From NCBI GenBank assembly GCA_001643675.2, contig LSRY02000005.1, positions 558,001-622,000 on the forward strand: a stretch of 64,000 nt of DNA, given 5' to 3'. Shown piece after piece: positions 21,495-33,708 of this stretch (positions are counted from its first letter, which is position 1; each line of letters begins with the position of its first letter). The DNA is from Monocercomonoides exilis PA203. Taxonomy: Eukaryota; Protista; Preaxostyla. Made by a program: the position numbers and the translations under genes. Below the pieces are notes generated by a model. The model was not told the DNA's origin and made no database searches. It worked only from the letters and a program-made list of their open reading frames with translations.

Positions 21495-22054
21495 ATTTTT
21501 GCGGTTTTGTAATGTATATTTTTTTTTCTTTTTTTCTTTAATTTATATTCACAAAGAATGAAGTGTTATAGCTTTGCTCTTAATCTTAATGATTTTTATT
21601 TTTTTAATCGGTGAAGATATTCAAAAATCAAATGCGCATGATTTTATAGAATATTTTATTATCATTTCCTCATCTTCAAATTGAAGTTTTTATTGTAAAA
21701 GAAAATTATAAAAAGTCTTTTTAAATTTGCTTCCCCAGATCAAGCTGCAAATAAATTGAGTGCGAAGTTTCGAAACCCAATTATTGCTAATGTAGATCTT
21801 TCTTAAAGAAAAGCAAAGAAACTTAAAAAAAATGCTTAAAAATATTCACATACGTTCCTCTGGAACGCAGCAGACGTTTGACAAAACACAAAAGATAAAC
21901 TAACCGCAAATTACAACTCAAAAACAATGCTAACCAGATAATGGAACAAACAAATAAAAAAAGAAAAGGAAAAGGAAATGAATAAATGAATGAATGAAAA
22001 GATATGATCATGTAAAAAACTCAAATTCTTTCAAATAAAGAGAAGCAAAGCTAA

Positions 22055-25000
22055 CTATTTACCATCAATTATAACGCTGTTCCACACAGCACGAGAATTG
22101 TGTACAGTCACGCCATATGAATGAAGAGGAGGGAAGACAGAAAAAGAGGAGGCTGTGAAATAAGGCGAAGGGACAGGCGGATTAAGCAAAGACTGAGACT
22201 GCAGAAATGCCCTGCTCGACATCATTCGTGTGACTGCTGTTGATTGGCGTTCGACGTGGGGAATGTTCAGCTTGTCAGATATGAATGCAATCCTCTCCTT
22301 CTGCTCGTCAAACATCGTCTTCGAGCCATCTGCACTTATCCGAAACTCCCGAGCAGCACTGACGACCCAAGGCAGCAAAGGAGGAGGGCACGACGAGAAA
22401 GAGCAGAGATGATCGAGTGTGAAGATAGGGCCAGGGCGGAGTGGGAGTGGATTGGCTGGTGGAAGATGGAGAAAAGAGGATAAAGAAATTTCAGAGCCAA
22501 GAGATGAGTAGAAGAAGGGAGGAGTAAAAGTCGAATGTAAAAGAGTATTGAACAAGAACAGTGGAAGGGAAGAGATGTTATAACGAGATGTATATGACAA
22601 AGGAGAAGACAATGCATACGAAGAAGCGCATGATGCTGAAGAAGTGCAGGCAGAAAACACAGAAGAAGCAGGCAAATTGGCATAATAAGTTGTGAGTGAG
22701 GAAGCTGACGAAGATCGAAAGATACTTGATGATGTCAGGCGAGGAAACTGCGAATGTGCAAGTGTTGATGAAAACGGATCAGGCAACACAGCCAGAGGAG
22801 AGTCAGGGCAATACATTGGAGAAGCAGGATTCCAATAATGGTTTCCAACTCCGACATCATTCGGATGTGCCAACGAAAAAGAAGATGAGCGGACAAAATG
22901 ATCCGTTTGCAGAGTCGCATCATCAGAATCAGCATCGAAAAGAGCTGAACGTGTCAATTTTCGATTGCGCGGAAGAGATGCTGTCATTGCCCGTATGACA
23001 GGCTCCCACTGTAGTGTGTCCTTGCTGATTGGTGGATAGCCACATTCAGTCTGCGTCCATCTGTCGAATCCGCAAATTGAGCCTGGCTGTTTGGGAATGG
23101 GTGTTTGAAAGAAGCATCGGGCGGAAAAGCCAACAGCACCCACTGGAAGCAAAGGCATGTTGACTGACGCAACCGAATTTGACTTTGCGTGCTTTCCTTT
23201 CTTTTTCTTTGGCTGCTCAATTTCTGTGATCTCTAATGATGAAATGGAGTGAACAGATGAATTGTCTGCAGATAAGTCTGCTTTGCGTTTTTTCCCGAGC
23301 ACGTCTTCGCCCAAAGAGTTAGCTCTTCCTCTGCTTAGCGATCTTGGCTTTCTAACTGTCGATTTCATGTACTCAGCCCTTTTGGCGTCTCTTTCTTTTC
23401 GTTCGCTCTCCTCGTCAATCGCTTTGACTGTGAGTGAAGCCGTATTCAAGCCACTTGAGTTTATCGTGTCCCACCAATAGTAATCGTTGAAGTAGTCGCT
23501 CACTCCGTTTGGAGACGTTCTCTCAGCCCCGACTCTTTCTTCAGGTGGCGGATCGCATATCCCGTGGATGCTCTGCTCTTTCGCTCTGAGACGCAAAAGA
23601 TTCGCTTCTTCGGTGCGCGGATTGGCAACTTGTGGAAATGCCTCGTCCAAAATATCCCCGCGCAGGAGAAGAAAACCAGAGTTGCGAAATCTGGAAGAAA
23701 TTGCAGTTCGAATGGAGTTCTGCAAAAGCATCTCGGAAATTTCATCATCACTACAAATGCGTTTTATATCAGCAGATTTTTTCTTTTGCTTCTGAGGGAA
23801 AGCATCCATAAATGCGGAAGTAATTTCTGAAAGATGCGAAGTAGAGTATTCCTCTTCCCCTTCATATTCGTCATCATCATTGAAAATGGAAGAAAGTTCT
23901 GGATGCTGTGGATGCTCCATAATACCCTTCCGCTTTCTTCTTTCAACGCGCGGAGACAAAGCCAGTGGAGAAAGCAATCCTTTAAGCGGCTCCTCCTGTC
24001 TGTGCATTTCAGGATCTTTTATCTCTTGAGGCTCGGCAGAAATTGTGCTGGACTCAAACTTTGGAGTGTGCGCATAGAAGTAATTATACGATTTGTTTCG
24101 AAGAGTGTTGAACATTTGCTGAGTAGATCGAATGAAAGAAAACGCTTCTGCTTTTTTCTTCCCATCAGAAATGTCTTTATCAACAGACTTTTTGTCGCTT
24201 TTGCTGTTTGTGTCTTCATCCTTAACTTCTTTCGCATTAGCTTTCTTGCTCTCGACTGTTGCATCACTCAAACTTTTTGACTGTGAAGATTCTATCACCT
24301 CAATTCGCTCCATGTTCGACTGCCATTTGTTCCATTTCTTTCTCTTTTTTATCTTATCTGCTTCCCTCACCAGCACCGTCTGCTTTTCATGCTCTGCTAT
24401 TCGCTGTCCCATTGCGTACAATATCGATTCATAATGTTTGTTCCCTGCCCACATCGTGCCTTGCTTGTCAAGCAAGAACACGCGCCTCTCCGGAATTCCT
24501 ACGCTCATATACGACACTGTGTCTGTAGCCCTGTTTCCGAATGCAGCATACAGATGTCCAAACTCAGATGGGAAGCAGTCCTGCACCTCTCTCAAGCACA
24601 TGATCTTGAAGAGATCAGGACGACGCTGAAACACTTCCAGTCTGAGCGAAGAGTACAACGACATTGGCGATAAAAGAACAGGCCCCACAGGCATTGAATA
24701 CCGAACAGACTTTTGGGGAGGAAGTGATGTTAGTTGTGAAAGCACTTTTTGTTCTTTTACCACTTGCTGAATTGACTTTAGGTATTTCTTCGTTCGATTT
24801 GCCAGGCCAATGCCTCTGCTGCTTAAATAAATCACATCATATCCTCTCTCAAATATTTGCGAATAAAGCATGGCAATGCCCTTCTGAGCCCAACTGACTC
24901 CGAACGATGGGAAAATATGGCCCATCAAATCAGATCGAGTTACTGTACCATCCACATCGCTCACAACAATCCTACTCCAAGGAGAAAATAAAAACAATGA

Positions 25001-25649
25001 AGATGTAATAACAGTTGATAATTTATGAGGCTCTTCTTCCAATTGTTTGTAATATGGATCGACAGTAAATGTAATTTTATTATAGCCATAATGAAGAGGT
25101 AATTGGAAAAGTTGTGAATGAGATGGAAACCTTGTTTTCCTTAAAGAGTTCAGATTTGAAGATTGATTCGAAGTGCAAGATGGAACTGGAGGAAGAGGAA
25201 AATACGGATCTAATTCTGGTGTGGATATAGAAGGATTTAATGTTATTTGACAATCTGTTGATATCGCTGCGGAAGCTGATGGATTTGTAAGCTTCAAAAT
25301 GACTTCTCTTGTTGCTTCATCGAACAGCGGATCAACTTTTTGGTAATCTTGCTTTTTCATATTAACAGGATTCTATGTTGAAATTTGAATGAAGCGTGAA
25401 TCAAAGAATCTTTCAAAAAATTCAAACTATCGGAGTCAAAAAATAAGCCAGTCCTTCATAGCTTAAATGCATTTCTAAATCTGTTTTTAAATCATTCACA
25501 TAAACTTTTACAGTTCTATTGTGAGTTCTTGCTGCTTTAAGAACTCCAAATCTCACGCTGAAAGACGTTGAACGAAATAAGCCATCTTCCCCTTTAACCA
25601 CAATAATGTCAGCTGCGCCATTCAAAATATTGTGGTTTAGTTTTTTCAT
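22055..25649 (-). CDS. LPIN: Lipin/Pah1 phosphatidate phosphatase, 2 exons (25649-25428, 25372-22055)
   Basis: N-LIP domain (LNGAADIIVV, FSVRFG, MHLSYEGLAYF) is joined by a 55-nt GTTTGA..CATAG intron to the LNS2/C-LIP domain. That domain has the HAD motif VVSDVDGTVTRSD, YLSSR, GPVLLSP and YAAFGNRATD, and is followed by a long Ser/Pro-rich tail. Confidence 0.9.
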
Positions 25650-26100
25650 TATTTATTCTCACCAATGAAAGCGATGAGCAGCTCCAGTGAGCTGAAAAAA
25701 GACAAAAATAAGTTCTATAACAGAAAGATTTTTTTATGGGCTTTAATAATTCATTTTTCATAATTTCAATAACTTCAGCAACTATTTTTATTGCATACTA
25801 AACAACTTTCGATTTATGTTTATATCGATAACATTATCAAAGAAGCAAATTTCTATTTTTATGATTTTTTATTAATCTGATTTTGAATTGAAAAAAATAT
25901 CACTCAATAAAAACTCTTTGATGCGACTTGATATTGTAAAAGCATCTAAAACGACAAGGAAAAAGCAAAAACATTTCTATTAAATAGCATTAGAGTCTCT
26001 ATTTCAATCAAATGTGCATTGAAAAGCACACAAAATAATTATGTTCATTTCACCCTCCAAAAGAAAAAAAAATGACTACAAAATGCTTATTTTAAATTGT

Positions 26101-28658
26101 TTATTTTTTGTCAGAGTAAAGAAGTGGTGCATTTTCCTTGTAAAGATCATTTTGCTTCTTTGATCTTAATTTTTTCACAGCAATAACTGCAGCAGTTATG
26201 CCAATAATAACAACCATAAGACCAAACATCGCTCCAATAATTGCCATTGACACTCTCTTTTCCCTTTCCAGCCTTTCTTTCTCTTCTTTGTCATGCTCGT
26301 TTTCTGGATCAGGAACATATTTCGGAATCCAGCTAAAATCAACTGGGGCGCATGTGCTCTTCTCATCTCCAAACTTCCCTTTCAAATAAAATCCGTTCGC
26401 ACACCCAGCAAAAGCGCATGTGCTGTTATCAAACTTTCCATTCACACACTTGTGCCCGTAGACTTTGTGCGAGGAAGCATCTGGAGCAGGGCATTTTTCT
26501 GCGTCTGGCAGCACCTCCCAATCAGCACACCGATCAAAATATGGAACGATCTCTTCGATAATCTTCTGAATGCCTTCTTCAGACTCGTCCTGCGCTGGCT
26601 TCGGATAGTGTGGATGCACCCAGTCAACAGGATTCTTCTTGAACTCCAAAAGATCTTCTCCTGTCTCGACATCTTCTGCCTGGTTTGACCCAGCGTTTTT
26701 CTCTTCATAGTTCCAGCTCATAATCTCGTGCTGTGTCCATCGTTGCTCAGTTGTATCGCGGACGAACGCAGGTGGGAATTTGGTCACATCAATAATCTTC
26801 CTTGTTTCAGGATCTTCAGCGTACTCTTGCAGTCCGGACGCAGCAAAGACAGTCCCTCCGGCAAATGCTCCCACATCGTAGTGAGCATTTTTGAATTTGG
26901 GATTGCCTCCGAGCCCCACAAATTTATTTGTGTGCATTTCCTGTTGGTGTTTGACAAAGCAGCAGCATGTCGAGCCGCAAAGTCCGTCTGTCACTGTGAT
27001 AATGTCCTGAGGCGCAAACAGGGCAGTGCCATTGTTCCTGCCTGGATACTTCTCCCATTTCTTGATCGTCTCCTCAAACACGGCTGGAGTGTAAAACGCC
27101 ATTTCAAACTGGCGCGTGTATTGGCGCGTGAAGGTTTCGCCTCCTTCTTCAATTGGCTTGAATTTCTTTTCAACAGTAGTTGAGTACCATTCATCTCCCT
27201 TCAGTGGCTTGTGCGTGTCTGGATCATTGAAATAAGTCTTATCATCTTCTGGTTCGTAATCTCTCAGTTTCGCAAGCTCTGTGTTGATGTCAGAATGGAG
27301 CATATCATATCGCCCATAAACAGGAAATGCTGACGGAAACATGAACTGATTCGTCTGCATCCCAAGCATAACATAGCCACCTCCATTGCCTCTGACATCC
27401 ACAACCAACTTTTTCACTTGATGTTCCTCCTTCAGTCGTCTCAATGCAAGTCCAACCTGATTTCCAAATTCTTTCAGGTCTGAAGGTGAAAACGTCCGAA
27501 TCCACATATATCCTATTCCAAGATCTCTATGAGCATATGCCACAACATTCGCTGAGTTAATCACTAATGACATTGGATATTCAAGATTTGCTCCTTTTGC
27601 TGATGAAGTATTTCGCTGTTTTATTGGTGCTCGATGCACTTCGTTTGGTGGAAGAATTTCTTCGAGCCACTTCCGTGTCTCTTGCATCTCTCTTTCAAGC
27701 AACAATTCCCTTCCAGTCAAGTTTTTAAATGATCCTTCTTTTTCTTCTAATGTCTCCATCACTTTAGGAGCATTATGAATTGGGCAGTAATCATCAAGCT
27801 TTGTTATCGAACGTTTCTGTACAATACCATACCAAGGCAATTTTACTGTCTTTAAAGTATGAGCATCATCTCCATCATCATATTCAACTAAAATGTTGAG
27901 AGATTCCGGATAAGGATACAACGATGCAAGCCTTGAATGGAATTCTGAAGAAAGTGCACGATTCAATCTAGCAGCAGGATATTTCGAGTGAGCAATATTC
28001 TCTTCTGTCCATTGAGAAATAACATCAAATGCATCTTGAAGTCCGTCTTCTTGATCACTTTCCATGGACAATCTCTTTACAATTTTTTCTTCGATTGACA
28101 CGCTATCTTGTTGAGAAAGATAGTGATCTGTAACTCCAGGAACATTACTTCTAATAGCTCGAATTATGAGATTAGTATTATCTTGATTTGGCTCTGCAGT
28201 AAAGCTGAATGGCAAAACATATCTAAAATTGTTTGTACAAGGAGGAGTGAATAAGGTGTGAGGATCTCTCATAGTTTTAAGTAATTTAATGAGTTTGATA
28301 TAATAATCATAAGCATTTTCATCTGCCTCATCAACTTTAAGATTATCAAGCTCTTTTCGAAGATCTAATGATATATCTTTATGAGGTTCAGGAGGATTTT
28401 GCATTTGTTCAATCAAAACATAATTATCCACAAATCCTTTTATTCTATCGGTTATTGTTTTTATCTCGTCGCTATCTTTGTCAAACTTTATTGCATAAAT
28501 ATTGAAAAATAACACGAAAAGAATAAATATCCGTAGCACACTGGAAGAGTTTTGAGGCAATCAATTACTTTTTTAGCTTCATAAAATTCCTCCAATTTAA
28601 ATTCACACAGCTCTTCAGCAAGCGAAAAATCCAGAAGCAGCCAAATCAGTGCAAACAT
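26101..28658 (-). CDS. Membrane-anchored peptidase S41 family protein, 2 exons (28658-28542, 28485-26101)
   Basis: Upstream exon MFALIWLLLDFSLAEE... (signal peptide) splices via a 56-nt GT..AAAG intron to give DCLKTLP|FDK. Motifs MRDPHT, LVVDVRGNGGGY and TDGLCGSTC. Cys-rich stalk, TM (MAIIGAMFGLMVVIIGITAAVIAV) and a short tail containing ENAPLL. Confidence 0.85.
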
Positions 28659-29157
28659 TTTAATATGTTCTTCTTTTGGAACAGATCAAAAAATTTTTTT
28701 CTAATATCGGATTAATTTAGAAATGAATTTTGGATATTTTTCTTTTCTTATAAAGCTTCTTCATTATCGAAATTTTTATTTTGTGCATCGGAAAAAAATA
28801 CCATGTGATGAGATACAGAAAAAACATTTTCATCTTATTTCTCACCTCGATACATTCAAACTTAAAACAATCATTAATCACATACAAAACAGAAGTGAAA
28901 ATCCTTTCTATTATAATTCAAACAAAACCAATTTATTTAATATGATGAACAAAACAAAAGACTTTAGTGTTGGAAAATCCCTTTCAGAAAGATTCTTTTA
29001 CTGAAAAGAGTTATAAATTAGTGTAAATTCATAATTGATTTTTTTTTTTCAATTTTTCATAAAACAATTTTTGTGTTAAAGTCATTGCACAAAAAAAATA
29101 TTGAACGTGGAAAATGGAACAAACAAAGTTGAATGTGGACAAAATAGTTTATATTTA

Positions 29158-29553
29158 CAGATATCGCAAAAAATTCCGGACATCGCACAAAATACCGGAC
29201 AAGATCGATATCTCAATAACCACAAGAAGAAAAATTCTGTGAAATTTCCTCTTAACATATTTCATCAATACAAGCTCACGTGACATACAAGACCTTCAGG
29301 ACAGCTTCATTTGTGCTCAGAAAAAATTATTATTTAAATTTCGGAGAAACTCAAAAATCAATTTCTCCGAAATTTTCAAAATTATTTTATCTGAGCACAA
29401 ATGAAGCTGTCCTGAAGGTCTTGTATGTCACGTGAGCTTGTATTGATGAAATATGTTAAGAGGAAATTTCACAGAATTTTTCTTCTTGTGGTTATTGAGA
29501 TATCGATCTTGTCCGGTATTTTGTGCGATGTCCGGAATTTTTTGCGATATCTG
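29158..29553. mobile_element. 396-bp foldback/MITE-like palindromic element, copy 1 (Tc1/mariner-type ends)
   Basis: TA|CAGATATCGC...GCGATATCTG|TA. Arms 29158-29321 and 29390-29553 are perfect inverted repeats (~164 bp). Imperfect pairing continues inward to AAATTTCGGAGAAA..TTTCTCCGAAATTT. Confidence 0.9.
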
Positions 29554-29615
29554 TATTCCCAATAATAATTTGTAATTTGTTTGTAATAAAACATTGAAAG
29601 TGAATTCTTTTATTA

Positions 29616-29917
29616 GGGTCAGTAATTTATCATAACCCCTTTTTTTAATTGGGACCAAAATTCTCTGGCTCTCCGGAGCACTTTTCGAAAAAAAAAATAA
29701 CAGAAAATTTTGAATATTTAATTATAAGCTATTCCAAAAAATATTTTTTAGTTTTAAAATTTTAGTGAAAAGATCTGGAGTTTTTTGTTTTATTTTTTTC
29801 GATCAAAGACTTGCTCATATCTCAATGAGCTTCTTGTTTTGAGATTTTTTTGTGTTGTTATTGTTATTGAACATAATATCTTAATAATTTTGGATATTTA
29901 TTGTTATTCAACACTTC

Positions 29918-29961
<44 letters not shown>

Positions 29962-31174
29962 TTATTTATTCCATTTCACTAAATTACGAAAAAATAAGAA
30001 AGAACAGTGAAGTTTGGTATTGTCATGTTTTTAAATTTTAAATGATAGTTGAAAAATGATTGTAATGCACAACACAAAATAAATGATGAGAAATAATGTG
30101 ATTCGAAGCAAAAGAGACAAAAATACTCAAAAACAGGTTAATTTGAATTATTATCACTGTCATATAAATTCAAGATTTTCTTCTTTTTGAATTCATATTT
30201 TTGTTGAAAATTGAACGATTTTTGGAAATTTCATTGTTTGGAACATATTAATTTGTTTGAAAAAATCTTTCGATTCAAATGAAGTGAATAAAAGATGTTT
30301 GAAGTTTTTATTTGATTGTTTTGCAAGTTTTTTAGGATAAAATTTTCGGGAAAATGAACTTCTCTTGTTTTGTTCTACTATAGGGTTTTCCTTCGAATCG
30401 AAATATTAGGTTTTGGGTTTGCGTTTAATTTTTGTTTATTTTATTTTTTATGAATAGTGTCAGGGTTTAAATCCTGAAATCAATTTTTCACACACAAAAA
30501 ACGTGTGTTTCGTGATTGCGCAAGATGAAAGGTGAAAATAATAAATATTTAGATGAATTGAGAACTTTTGTAATTTTCTTTCCAACAAAATAAAAAAAAA
30601 CTTTGAATTATATGAAAAATTAAAAATAATTCTTTATATGGGACAAAATATTTGTCTTCAGGCATTTTCATTGAAAAATTATGCACATACGATAATCTTG
30701 TTGTGATCAAATAATTTAAAGAAAATAAGTTTATTTTTTGAAATTCATGTGAGGTCACAAAACATTTTGCAATTATTTCAATGATGTTTGTTTACAGATA
30801 TGAAAATCAAATTTATTTTGAAATCTGGTAAAGTTAAAAAATGTTAAAAGTGAAACAATTTTTCCATGCTTTGTGCATAAAAAGCTTGAAAGTCCGTATT
30901 TTCCCCCATATAAGTTGATTTCAATTTTGATTATTAGAAATTAGTTTAATCATAACCACAATATCTTCGAAATTTTGATTTTTTTCATAGAAAAAAAGGA
31001 TTTCTTAAAATGGAAAACTCACCACTAGCATGTTTTACAATATTGTATTAAATCATTTTATCTCAGAAAATCCGAAAAAAAACGAGTTTCTGAATGTTTC
31101 TTTAAGTTGTGATTAACCGAACCAAAAAATTTCAAGAACCGACAAAAAAAACGTGTTTGAAAAATTACTGACCT
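29616..31174. mobile_element. Probable degenerate non-autonomous TIR element (PIF/Harbinger-like ends)
   Basis: Left TTA|GGGTCAGTAATTTATCA; right TGAAAAATTACTGACC|TTA (reverse complement GGTCAGTAATTTTTCA). Weaker similarity continues ~45 bp inward. The interior is non-coding and AT-rich. Confidence 0.45.
29919..29960. repeat. Poly-T tract (42 nt)
   Basis: Homopolymer seen directly. Confidence 0.9.
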
Positions 31175-31500
31175 TATAAAACTCTAATGGATTTATGCAA
31201 AGGTTTTCTTTTATTTCATAAAAAATTGGAATTGCTCAATGTTTTGAATGAAGAGAACACGAAAGCTTTCTGAACAGTGTTTTGTTATATGGAACGAAAT
31301 ATTCAGTAATAAAAATTTTGCTCCACACAATATTTTCAAAATTTTTTCTCGATTAAAGAATTTTTCTGCACTTTTTTGAATTGCTAAAAAAAAAAGAAAA
31401 AGAAAAGAAGAAGAAGAAGAAGAAATGATAATGATATGATTGCAGGAAAGTTTGGAACAAACTTCAATTTCTTCATAATTAAAAATATTTTACGCCAATA

Positions 31501-33653
31501 CAGTCTGTCCGTAATTAATGTTGATCTGTCCGAAAATAATGTAGATCATACCGTAAAGTTAAAAAATTATTGCAGAGCCATTATTAATAGAGGATAAAAA
31601 CAAAAGAAGAAGTGTCAACAAACTGGTTTCTTTTTAATTGTTTCTTTAAAATGATTGACATTTGAGATACAATTAATGAAAATACACACGTTGCATTCAC
31701 GTTTGCGTTTCATTTTGATTGTTCCTTTGCGATCATTGTTTGATTGTGTTTCTTTTTTTATTTCTTGATCTTTCAATAACATTCAGTTTTAAAGAACAGG
31801 AAATAATCAAATTGTTATTGTGTTATGATTCAAACTTCCTGAGAATGGTATGAGCTTGTATTTATAATTCTATTGAAATCATTTTGTGTCATATTTTATT
31901 TGTTGGTTCGAAATCAATAAACTATTGTTTTTCTTTGTTAATTTGCAACGTGAAAGATGCCCTAAATATTTTTAATAATCATTTATGATTTTTATTCAAG
32001 AATTCCTTTATTTTTTAAAGACTATTCACATTCACTATTATTGTTTGTAAGTTTTATCATTGGAATATGTCTGACTTTATTTCAATTTATAAATAGAGAA
32101 ATATGAAACATATATATTTTTTTTGTCATTTTCATTTTTTCATTCAATCAATTTTTCAAACTTCAAAACAAAACAAAGAATATTCATGATTATTATTTTT
32201 TCTATTATTTTATTGATGAATGAAGAAAATGTTTCAACTGGTTGAAATGAAAAAAGTCAAAGATTGTGAGTTATTCATTACAAATTCTTTTTTTCCAAAA
32301 CCAAAGGCCATACATCGTTTACCACACGCATGATTGTTTTTCTAACAACGCGTGCTGAAATTTTCTGAAAAGCTTGAAGCATTGTAGATATAAAATGAGA
32401 CTCATCCTCCCATTTCAACGAGTTTTCTTCAACTTGGGCTTTCCAGATTCCAAAAATGTTTTCGATAGGATTCAGATCAGGGGAGTAAGCTGCATTAAAC
32501 AGAACTTTGTGTCCAGACTGTAATATAATTTCATCAGTTTGAACATGATGAATCGACGCATTATCCATGACAATAACCGATGATTCAAATGATTTTATGG
32601 ATAGCAAGAATCTTTTCAAATACGCTTCAAATAGTTCGTGGTTTATTGTTTCTCGAATCACTTCTGCGTATCCCATTCCGTTCATTGAGATTGAAGTGAT
32701 GGCAGTGATAGATTGAAACAAAGGAGGAGGAGGGACAAGCACTTTATCTCCTTTTTCCGACCATCCGTACTTTCTAATGCAGCTTATATTCCAAGAAGTT
32801 TCGTCAATAAAAAAAGGAGCAGCACCATCCCGCTGATATTGGAAAAGCTTCTCCACAAAGTGTATTCTTTGGAGTTTATTTTCTTCTGAATTACCAGCTG
32901 ACGGTCGTATAGTAATTCTTTTAAAAGAAAACAACGGAAACTTGTGTGTATCACTGTTTCTTTCTGTCAAAATTTTATGAACCGAAGATTTTCCAATTGA
33001 ATGGCCTGCATTTGTCATCTCGTGTGCAACTTTTCTCAAAGATGTCAACGGGTTAAGTTTCATTTTTTCTCTAACTGTTTGATTCAAAGTGTCATTATCG
33101 ACTATTCTTTTCCTTCCTCTTTTTTCAAACGGTTGTGTAATGTCCACACCAACTTGAAACTTTGATGAAAACCTTGCAGTTGTAATTTCAGTGAGCAAGC
33201 ATTCTTTGGCATACCACGATTGTGTCTTTGCCTGACCATGAACATGAAACAAATCCGTAAGCTTTCTTCTTTTTTCCAAAATTGCTGGAGTGTATGGTTT
33301 TTTGTTGATAAACGTTTCAGAATCATTAGCTTTCTGTATTTGTTCGCTTTTTTGTGCTTCGGCTTCTTTTTTCTTCAATTCTGCTCTCATACGAATAACA
33401 TTGTGAATACTGTCTTCCAGGGGATGAGTGAAGGGCATTATGACTGGCCTGACACCATATTCTTCTGTAGTTGGGACATTTTGAGTGATCAAAAATTTTT
33501 TTTGTGTTGTTCGATCATCCAATAAATTAATATTGCTCATAAAGATATTTTTTCACTGTTATTATCAGATATTACGGTTTTATAAATTTGACACAATTGA
33601 AGGTTTGATCGACATTATTTTCGGACAGATCAACATTAATTACGGACAGACTG
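31501..33653 (-). mobile_element. Autonomous Tc1/IS630-type DNA transposon, 2153 bp, TA target duplication
   Basis: 42-bp perfect TIRs CAGTCTGTCCGTAATTAATGTTGATCTGTCCGAAAATAATGT (31501-31542 and 33612-33653), extending to ~52 bp with 2 mismatches. TA at 31499-31500 and 33654-33655. Encloses an intact transposase ORF. Confidence 0.95.
32278..33540 (-). CDS. DDE transposase (IS630-Tc1-mariner superfamily)
   Basis: 420 aa. HTH-like region (PLTSLRKVAHEM..IGKSSVHKIL) and catalytic FFIDETS, IVMDNASIHH, YSPDLNPIENIF. Confidence 0.93.
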   Translation of the reverse strand: MSNINLLDDRTTQKKFLITQNVPTTEEYGVRPVIMPFTHPLEDSIHNVIRMRAELKKKEAEAQKSEQIQKANDSETFINKKPYTPAILEKRRKLTDLFHVHGQAKTQSWYAKECLLTEITTARFSSKFQVGVDITQPFEKRGRKRIVDNDTLNQTVREKMKLNPLTSLRKVAHEMTNAGHSIGKSSVHKILTERNSDTHKFPLFSFKRITIRPSAGNSEENKLQRIHFVEKLFQYQRDGAAPFFIDETSWNISCIRKYGWSEKGDKVLVPPPPLFQSITAITSISMNGMGYAEVIRETINHELFEAYLKRFLLSIKSFESSVIVMDNASIHHVQTDEIILQSGHKVLFNAAYSPDLNPIENIFGIWKAQVEENSLKWEDESHFISTMLQAFQKISARVVRKTIMRVVNDVWPLVLEKKNL

Positions 33654-33708
33654 TATAAAAAGTCCACCCATATTTATTTTATAAAATCATAACCCATAAT
33701 ATAATATC

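Noticed and set aside
28486-28560. Hydrophobic 'signal peptide' MPQNSSSVLRIFILFVLFF in the ORF track for the S41 gene
   Set aside because: Mostly T-rich intron sequence behind a TTG start; an upstream ATG exon gives a better signal peptide and family-like motif.
29101-29658. Short ORFs 29101-29283, 29428-29658, 46338-46550 and 46256-46525, three of which share QISxKIPDIAQNTGQDR
   Set aside because: By-products of reading into the palindromic arms of the foldback elements; no independent coding evidence.
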